NCBI GenBank assembly: GCA_001917135.1
Contig: MNTT01000014.1
Coordinates: 73,620 to 137,619, forward strand
Length of the DNA stretch: 64,000 bases
Source: Acetobacter sp. 46_36
GTDB lineage: Bacteria > Pseudomonadota > Alphaproteobacteria > RF32 > CAG-239
Direction: 5' to 3'
Shown: one piece after another, positions 58,383 to 64,000 of the stretch
Layout: every line of letters begins with the position of its first letter
Position numbering within the stretch: position 1 is the first letter of the stretch
Position numbers and translations under genes: made by a program
Notes under the pieces: model-generated
Told to the model about the DNA's origin: nothing
What the model saw: only the letters and a program-made list of their open reading frames with translations
Databases searched by the model: none

Positions 58383-59682
58383 CGTTGTACCCCGCCATGG
58401 TGTTAAGTTTATCGTTGACTTTGTTTTTAACCTGTTTAATGCTGTCCAGAGCCTCTCTGGTGCCTTCGTATTTTTCCAAAGTCGTCGTAATTGTTTTGGT
58501 TGCGCCGGCAGTGATACCGCCCAGGATGGCAGCCCCGGCTCTTTTGGCCGTATTGACGACAAATTTTGAAACCTGCTTTTGGAACTCTAGCCCGCGGCCT
58601 CCGCCGATAAACTTGTCGGCCAGCGCCACGCCCATACCCGGAATGTTTATCAACAGGGTGGCAATCAGCAGCAGCGAAAGGAGAACCGGCCCTTGTCCGA
58701 CCAAATTCGCTTCCGTAAAGGCGTCATTTTGGGCAAAGGTTTCCAAAATGTATTCCAGCGAACCGACGGATAAACTGACAAGAATACCCAAAAACAGCAT
58801 AATCCCGGATGAATTTAAAAACATTTCCAGTCCGAATTTACTCCATTTGCGCGTGTAGCTGAAAGGAACGCCCATTATTAACAGCGGAAATAAGAAAGCG
58901 GCGAAATTCAGCCGGAACAGGCTGTCGACGATAAAGAAGACAAAACCGAATTTTGCGGCGGTGAAAATGAGCATCATGATTATGCCAACCAGCATGGCGC
59001 CGAGGTCAAGCGATGTAACCAACGCAACGCCGACCCGGATGCCTCCGTTGAGCCTGTCGCTGATTTGGCAGGCAAGGCAGCTGGCCATCGGTTTAATGGA
59101 ACCGCTGAGGTCGGTTGCGCTCAGTCCTTCAGTTTTGCACTGATTGTAATTGCCGCTGAATGTTACATCGCCGAAATCGCCGAGCGTAATGGTTTTGCTT
59201 GGTTTGACCTGACCCAGAATTTGCGCGCCGAGTTCCAGAATAGCGTTATAAATCGGAACGACAAATGTTTTCAATGTCCAGGAAATCATACCCGAGTCGC
59301 TGACGCACCAGGCGCAAAAAGCACATAAAAACAGCTTTTGCCCGATCTCTGTCCAAATTTCTCCCAAATTCTCTTCCTTAAAAGAGGGAAGTATTTTTAA
59401 CATCCGGAAAGCCATCCAAATGGCAAAGCCGAACATAACAATCGTACTTCCGCCGTTTGCCACTTTTCCGGAAGCGTCAGAAAACATATTATTAATTTGG
59501 CTGAGCACTATTTCTATAATTTTGGCTTGCCAGCAATTTGCCTGTTCGGCATAATTGCCCTCTCCGCCCAGAGAAGAATCATCGTCTTTTTCGCAGGCAG
59601 TCAGGAACAATACGAACATAACGACACAAAGGCAGCGTAGTGTCTTTAAGTTGAAATATTTATGTACCAGGTCGCGTATCAT
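58375..59682 (-). CDS. virB6: VirB6/TrbL-family T4SS protein with lipoprotein-type signal peptide (LFLTAC).
   Basis: Polytopic VirB6 core; paralogous to neighbours. Confidence 0.8.
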   Translation of the reverse strand: MIRDLVHKYFNLKTLRCLCVVMFVLFLTACEKDDDSSLGGEGNYAEQANCWQAKIIEIVLSQINNMFSDASGKVANGGSTIVMFGFAIWMAFRMLKILPSFKEENLGEIWTEIGQKLFLCAFCAWCVSDSGMISWTLKTFVVPIYNAILELGAQILGQVKPSKTITLGDFGDVTFSGNYNQCKTEGLSATDLSGSIKPMASCLACQISDRLNGGIRVGVALVTSLDLGAMLVGIIMMLIFTAAKFGFVFFIVDSLFRLNFAAFLFPLLIMGVPFSYTRKWSKFGLEMFLNSSGIMLFLGILVSLSVGSLEYILETFAQNDAFTEANLVGQGPVLLSLLLIATLLINIPGMGVALADKFIGGGRGLEFQKQVSKFVVNTAKRAGAAILGGITAGATKTITTTLEKYEGTREALDSIKQVKNKVNDKLNTMAGYNDD

Positions 59683-59696
59683 GTTCTTTCACCTTG

Positions 59697-61097
59697 TTAT
59701 TTCCAATTGGCTTTATGCCAAAAAGCCCTGTATCCCTGTTTGCCGCTTCCGGTTAAAATTCCGCGAGCTCCTTCCGCTTTGTTGCCTGCCCAGCGGTAAA
59801 GCTTGTCAGCTCTGGTTACCCGTGCGGCGATGCGCCCGGTTTCTTTGGCTCCGGCACCAACCCAGCCGCCAACGGTACCGGCAGCCTGTTTACCCTTAGC
59901 CATAAGAGGGTGTCCGGTTGCTGCGGCAACTTGGCTTCCGACACTGGTTAACCCGCCGGTTTCGGATATTTTATCGGCAAGTTTGCCGATTTGGGCAGCC
60001 AATTGAACAATGACGCAAAAGCAGACAATAGTCAGCAGCAAAGACCCGTTACTCCATAAATCTTTGGAAATTTGTTCAATCTGGTTGCCGTCAATCTGAG
60101 CGTTAAGATTGGTAAGAAAAGCATTTAGCGCCGCACCGCCGCCTTCTTTAACGCCTTCTTCGTCACCTTGTGTCATGCCAAGGTTAACCAGCTGAATGGT
60201 AATGCCGAGAATTATTCCCAGCATGATAAAGCTGAAAAAGACATTTAGAAAAATATTCCAGATGTTTTTTGTATAGCCGACAGTCTGGTTGGAAATGGCG
60301 CAGGCAACGCCAAACGGGAGCAAAATTGCACCGAATGCCAGTCTGATAAGGATATCGACAATATAAAAGGAAATGCCGACCAGCAGAATCCAACCAAAAA
60401 CAAACAAAATAAGCCCATACGTAAGCATTAGCCAGTACCAGCTGAAAATAAAGTCCCGGGTAGCATTGCAAATCATGGCGTTGCCGATGGCGATAGTTTC
60501 ATAAACCTGGTCATTGAATTGCTTGACCGATTCGTTGACCATCTTAAAAATAGCGTCATATCCGCTGCCGCTTGATGTAGCCATCGTTGCGCCGGTGACG
60601 GAAAGTTTTGCGCCGATATTAAGCCCTGCCTGCATAACGGGGCTGATAATATTGTCAATGAGCCATGTATCTTTTAATAGGCTGATGATAACGGTTGTCT
60701 TGAACATCAGCAGCAGAAGTCCTTTTTTGTCTCCGGTTAAAAAGTCTGCTGCATTTTGTTTGGTAAAAGAACCGACGTTTTTTAAAACATAGATGGCAAT
60801 GTAAATGGCTGCGGCCAGGCCGACAACCGGTATTAGTTGCGAGGCAAACGTATTCCAGGACATGTTTGCCGCGGCACTGGCAGCTTTCGTTATAATTCTG
60901 AACAGGCTGCATAGCAGGCAGTTTCCGTCTTCGGCATTGCTGCATCCGGTACAGACGGTACTTATGCCTTCGTTTTTATAGTATTGAATCGTCGGACAGG
61001 TATCGTCGCAGGCAGAAAGGAATAAAACGAGTGTGACGGAAAAAAGTTTTTTCAGCATTTCCGGGAGAGTTCCTAAGATGTTTTTTGTATTGTGCAT
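59697..61097 (-). CDS. virB6: VirB6/TrbL-family T4SS protein with lipoprotein-type signal peptide (LFLSAC).
   Basis: Cys-rich periplasmic N-region plus polytopic core; paralogous to neighbours. Confidence 0.8.
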   Translation of the reverse strand: MHNTKNILGTLPEMLKKLFSVTLVLFLSACDDTCPTIQYYKNEGISTVCTGCSNAEDGNCLLCSLFRIITKAASAAANMSWNTFASQLIPVVGLAAAIYIAIYVLKNVGSFTKQNAADFLTGDKKGLLLLMFKTTVIISLLKDTWLIDNIISPVMQAGLNIGAKLSVTGATMATSSGSGYDAIFKMVNESVKQFNDQVYETIAIGNAMICNATRDFIFSWYWLMLTYGLILFVFGWILLVGISFYIVDILIRLAFGAILLPFGVACAISNQTVGYTKNIWNIFLNVFFSFIMLGIILGITIQLVNLGMTQGDEEGVKEGGGAALNAFLTNLNAQIDGNQIEQISKDLWSNGSLLLTIVCFCVIVQLAAQIGKLADKISETGGLTSVGSQVAAATGHPLMAKGKQAAGTVGGWVGAGAKETGRIAARVTRADKLYRWAGNKAEGARGILTGSGKQGYRAFWHKANWK

Positions 61098-61112
61098 TGC
61101 AGTTCTCCCAGT

Positions 61113-62639
61113 CTACCTTAAGCCGACCAGTTTTTTAACAAACTGTTTGGTGCTGCGTCCGGCTTTGCGGACAGCTACGCCTGCTTTGCTGTCTTTAGTT
61201 TCCTGCCAGGCCTGTTGGCGGGCGGCCTTGACGAATTTTCCTCCTTCTTTGTTAATTTTGCTGAGCGGCGCTTTGACTACCTGAGCCGTGATGGCGCCGG
61301 CTTTTTTGCCGAGCTTGCCGACAGATGTCGAACTGGAAACTTTGTCCGCAAGTTTCTCTATTTCCATAAACAGCTTAAAGCAGACCATGCAGCAGACTGT
61401 TGTCAGGATAAAAGACATAACGTCAAGTTTTTCAACAATCTTGTCTATATCTGCTTTGTTAAGCGGAATTGTTCCGGCGAGCTGCGCCTGCATTTCGCTG
61501 TTTCCTGCGACGGCTTGCAAGATCATTTGCAGTGTGAATTGCAGCAGTACGCCGAGCATGACAAAATTGAAAAACACGTTGACAAACAAGTTCCATGCTT
61601 TTTTCGTATAGCTGGATGTGAATTTGGAAACGCCGCAGGCGATGGCCATTGGCAGCAGCATGCAGCCTACCGCCAGACGGAACAGAACGTCAAGCAGATA
61701 AAAGGCAACCCCGATAAGGATAAACCAGCCGAAAACATATAAAACGGCACCGAAAGGCATCAGAGACCAGTACCAGTCAATAATGCTGTCAGGGAGAAAA
61801 GCCAGACATAACAGCATACGGCCGAGGGCAACGACAATATAAACCTGGTCGTTAAATTCCTGAACTTTATTTATGACGGCATTAAATAACGCATTGACAT
61901 CGCTCGTTCCGCTGAAACTTCCGGCGCCGAGTCCGCCCGGAGCGATTTGCTGGCCGATAGCCATGCCGGCGCCAATGACCGGGCCGATTAAGTTATTGTA
62001 CAAAAATGCCTGATTGCTCAGCAGCCAGACGACGGCAGCCACTTTGACGCACAAAGGGATAATGCCGGTTTTGTCGTTTGAAAGATAGGCGGAAGAATCC
62101 TGCTGTGAAAAAGAAGCTATGTTCTTTAAAGTGTAGACGGCGATATAAATTGAGGCACCTACGGCTACGACTCCCTGAAGCGGAGCCGCAAAAGCATTCC
62201 AAGAACCGGTAACCACCTGGGCACATGCTGCCATAACAATCCGGTAAATCCCGCATAACAGGCAATTTGAACCTTGTCCGTCGGTCAGATATTCATTCAA
62301 TGTCGGGCAGTGGCGCTTAAAAGCTTCGTCGGCCCATGCCGGAGTCGAAAGGACAATTAGAAAAAAAGCCGCCCATACAAGGCAGTTGGCTGCACTTGTA
62401 TATAAAAGGCGTTTGTTGTCCCTTTGCGGTAGAAAACGTTTAATGGAGGTGAGAAGTTTTATCATTGTCGTCACCTCGTCTCTTAAATAACGGTTTGGTA
62501 AAAGGCGTACCCAAAAAAGCGGCAGCCATTGCCAAAGCAATGCAAACGCAGCCCAATGCGGTATAATAGAGCGTTTTTTGCGCAAAAAATCCCATAATAT
62601 CACTGTAAGCAATGATATAGAGCCCAATAAAAACCACAA
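61113..62639 (-). CDS. virB6: VirB6/TrbL-family T4SS protein, first of the tandem array. True start probably MIKLL at about 62465; the track start overlaps the upstream small ORF.
   Basis: Same Cys-rich N-region (CPTLNEYLTDGQGSNCLLCGIYRIV) and core as the other paralogs. Confidence 0.8.
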   Translation of the reverse strand: MWFLLGSISLLTVILWDFLRKKRSIIPHWAAFALLWQWLPLFWVRLLPNRYLRDEVTTMIKLLTSIKRFLPQRDNKRLLYTSAANCLVWAAFFLIVLSTPAWADEAFKRHCPTLNEYLTDGQGSNCLLCGIYRIVMAACAQVVTGSWNAFAAPLQGVVAVGASIYIAVYTLKNIASFSQQDSSAYLSNDKTGIIPLCVKVAAVVWLLSNQAFLYNNLIGPVIGAGMAIGQQIAPGGLGAGSFSGTSDVNALFNAVINKVQEFNDQVYIVVALGRMLLCLAFLPDSIIDWYWSLMPFGAVLYVFGWFILIGVAFYLLDVLFRLAVGCMLLPMAIACGVSKFTSSYTKKAWNLFVNVFFNFVMLGVLLQFTLQMILQAVAGNSEMQAQLAGTIPLNKADIDKIVEKLDVMSFILTTVCCMVCFKLFMEIEKLADKVSSSTSVGKLGKKAGAITAQVVKAPLSKINKEGGKFVKAARQQAWQETKDSKAGVAVRKAGRSTKQFVKKLVGLR

Positions 62640-62661
62640 TCATACCAACAACCGATTTCAT
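62440..62661 (-). CDS. Small 2-TM membrane protein heading the virB6 array; possible divergent VirB3 (or VirB2-like) component.
   Basis: 73 aa with two hydrophobic helices; position matches virB3 in rvh-type loci; lacks a clear VirB3 signature. Confidence 0.3.
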   Translation of the reverse strand: MKSVVGMIVVFIGLYIIAYSDIMGFFAQKTLYYTALGCVCIALAMAAAFLGTPFTKPLFKRRGDDNDKTSHLH

Positions 62662-62733
62662 CGCTGCCTCGGAACATTCTTTTAAACTGTTTTATTATAA
62701 CATAAAAAAGTCTAAAATAATATTACAATATTA

Positions 62734-63573
62734 TTAAATTTTTCCGTTATTGATGAATTTCACCGTGCAATTGAGGACTTTTTCATTTTTTAGAGGCTGA
62801 AAGTTTGTTCCGTCAATGAAAACGGCATCTTTTTTTCTGTAAAGATTCTCGCGGGCAGGAAAATGGCAGCATGCCGAAATTCGGCTGATTATCTTTGAAA
62901 TTTTGGAGTCGGAAAAAATTTTGAGCGAATTTAGCCGATTCGGCAGGCTGGGAAGATTTTTCAGCTTTTTTTCCGTCATTTCTTCAAGCATAGGTCCTCC
63001 AATCAGCCGAAAAATCCTGAATTTTGACAACAAATCGCATAAAAAGGAGCTTTTAATTACCGGATTGATTTCCACAATGTTGCGGATTCTCATTTTTTCC
63101 TGAAAGGTCTGCAGTTCGGGAGGCAAATTCAGCGTTTGCCGTAAAATCAGATTCCCTGCGCCTTTAGTAACGAAAGAAACTTCGGTAATGTCTTCCATAT
63201 GGTTAAGAAAAAACAGCAGCTGATAGGCGGAAGCCAGTGAACTCCTGAATAAAGACGGATAATTAATCGCAGCAACGGTCGCATTGGTTAAAACCAGCTT
63301 GCGCCATAACGGTTTGAAAATGTTTTTGCCGTCAAGATACCCGTGCAGCAAAACAATCAGCTTGCCTTGCTGTTTCGTAATTTCATAACGGTCTATATAT
63401 TTAATAAAGGCTTTTTGACATTCTTCAAAAGTTCCGCTGGCCCTGCGGATATCCCATGAGTCGAGCAGGCGGTAGGTTTTTGTTCCGCAGTGTCTCTGGA
63501 TTCGCCACTTCTGGTAAAAAAATACGTCTTCCCAAAAAAAAGCGCCGCCAAATGTAAAAAAATTAAATTTCAT
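62734..63573 (-). CDS. Alpha/beta-hydrolase-fold-like hypothetical protein.
   Basis: LIVLLHGY motif resembling a hydrolase oxyanion region; otherwise unassigned. Confidence 0.4.
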   Translation of the reverse strand: MKFNFFTFGGAFFWEDVFFYQKWRIQRHCGTKTYRLLDSWDIRRASGTFEECQKAFIKYIDRYEITKQQGKLIVLLHGYLDGKNIFKPLWRKLVLTNATVAAINYPSLFRSSLASAYQLLFFLNHMEDITEVSFVTKGAGNLILRQTLNLPPELQTFQEKMRIRNIVEINPVIKSSFLCDLLSKFRIFRLIGGPMLEEMTEKKLKNLPSLPNRLNSLKIFSDSKISKIISRISACCHFPARENLYRKKDAVFIDGTNFQPLKNEKVLNCTVKFINNGKI

Positions 63574-63583
63574 TGAAAGTCCT

Positions 63584-64000
63584 TTAATTAGCTAAAGCTT
63601 TAACACTGGCTTGATTCGGAATGGCCGTTACCGTAACGAAAGCGGAGTCGTCACCCTCCATTTGAATGAGAATCTGAACGGCACGCCCGTTTTTAACATA
63701 AGTCATCTGGCTGATGCCGGCCCGGACAACGGCAATTTCAACCCAGCCTTTTTTAGGCATTTCCGCGACATAGTAATCAAATACGCGCCCCGCATTAAAA
63801 TTTACCGTAAAACTGATGCTTCCAATCCAGTTCTCGCCGCTGCCCATTGTTTTCGAGTCTTCCAGTACAAGAAAAGCTTCATCTGGAAACGGTATATCTG
63901 GAAAGTTTTGGAAAACCATTGGGATTTCTCTTCCGTCGGATCCGAGCATCGGAGGCGTTGGCTCTTTTGCACAGGCGCACAGCGATAATAACATTAATAA
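63584..64000 (-). CDS. Lipoprotein-like hypothetical protein, 5'-truncated by the window end (LSLCAC lipobox at the edge).
   Basis: ORF runs to the window end; Cys-containing signal-peptide remnant. Confidence 0.4.
   Translation of the reverse strand, partial: LLMLLSLCACAKEPTPPMLGSDGREIPMVFQNFPDIPFPDEAFLVLEDSKTMGSGENWIGSISFTVNFNAGRVFDYYVAEMPKKGWVEIAVVRAGISQMTYVKNGRAVQILIQMEGDDSAFVTVTAIPNQASVKALAN

Overview
The window reads as chromosomal DNA from an intracellular-type alphaproteobacterium (Rickettsiales/Holosporales-like; the organism is not identified). Two fragments of an rvh/VirB-type type IV secretion system (T4SS) bracket a housekeeping core. At the left edge, a 5'-truncated virB10 with an unusual Gly-rich repeat N-terminal region is followed by virB11, but no virD4. 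At the right edge, a small 2-TM VirB3-like ORF heads five tandem virB6 paralogs on the minus strand; one is split by a frameshift and one is a 1030-aa giant. The core holds rpmH-rnpA-yidD-yidC-engB, dnaA-dnaN-recF, gpsA, rpsT, mutM, mfd, recG, recX, hslO, ptsP, a rodZ-like gene, prfA, truA, rsmI, ffs (SRP RNA), dnaX-ybaB-recR, phoB, rpe, a xerC/D-family gene, rpmG, xthA, nagZ and others. I see no tRNA, rRNA, CRISPR or IS elements. The most unusual locus is a minus-strand cluster at 46.5-53.4 kb, immediately next to the virB6 array. It encodes a secretin-like outer-membrane lipoprotein, a 1011-aa hyper-acidic protein with short linear repeats (DDLDFxLP x4, DWEWEYV x2), two unknown proteins, and a dual-HTH XRE regulator with a LexA/S24-like C-terminal domain. 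No secretin-dependent machinery (ATPase, pilin, platform) accompanies it. A second notable signal is a shared Gly-rich repeat module ('DxxGxxIGxV...') in the VirB10 N-terminal region and at the C-terminus of the giant VirB6. Other details: rpmH and rpmG are below the ORF-track size cut-off, ffs sits upstream of dnaX under a spurious ORF, several clean rho-independent terminators are present, there are two tandem intergenic duplications, and a perfect 10-bp palindrome lies between the virB6 array and the regulator.
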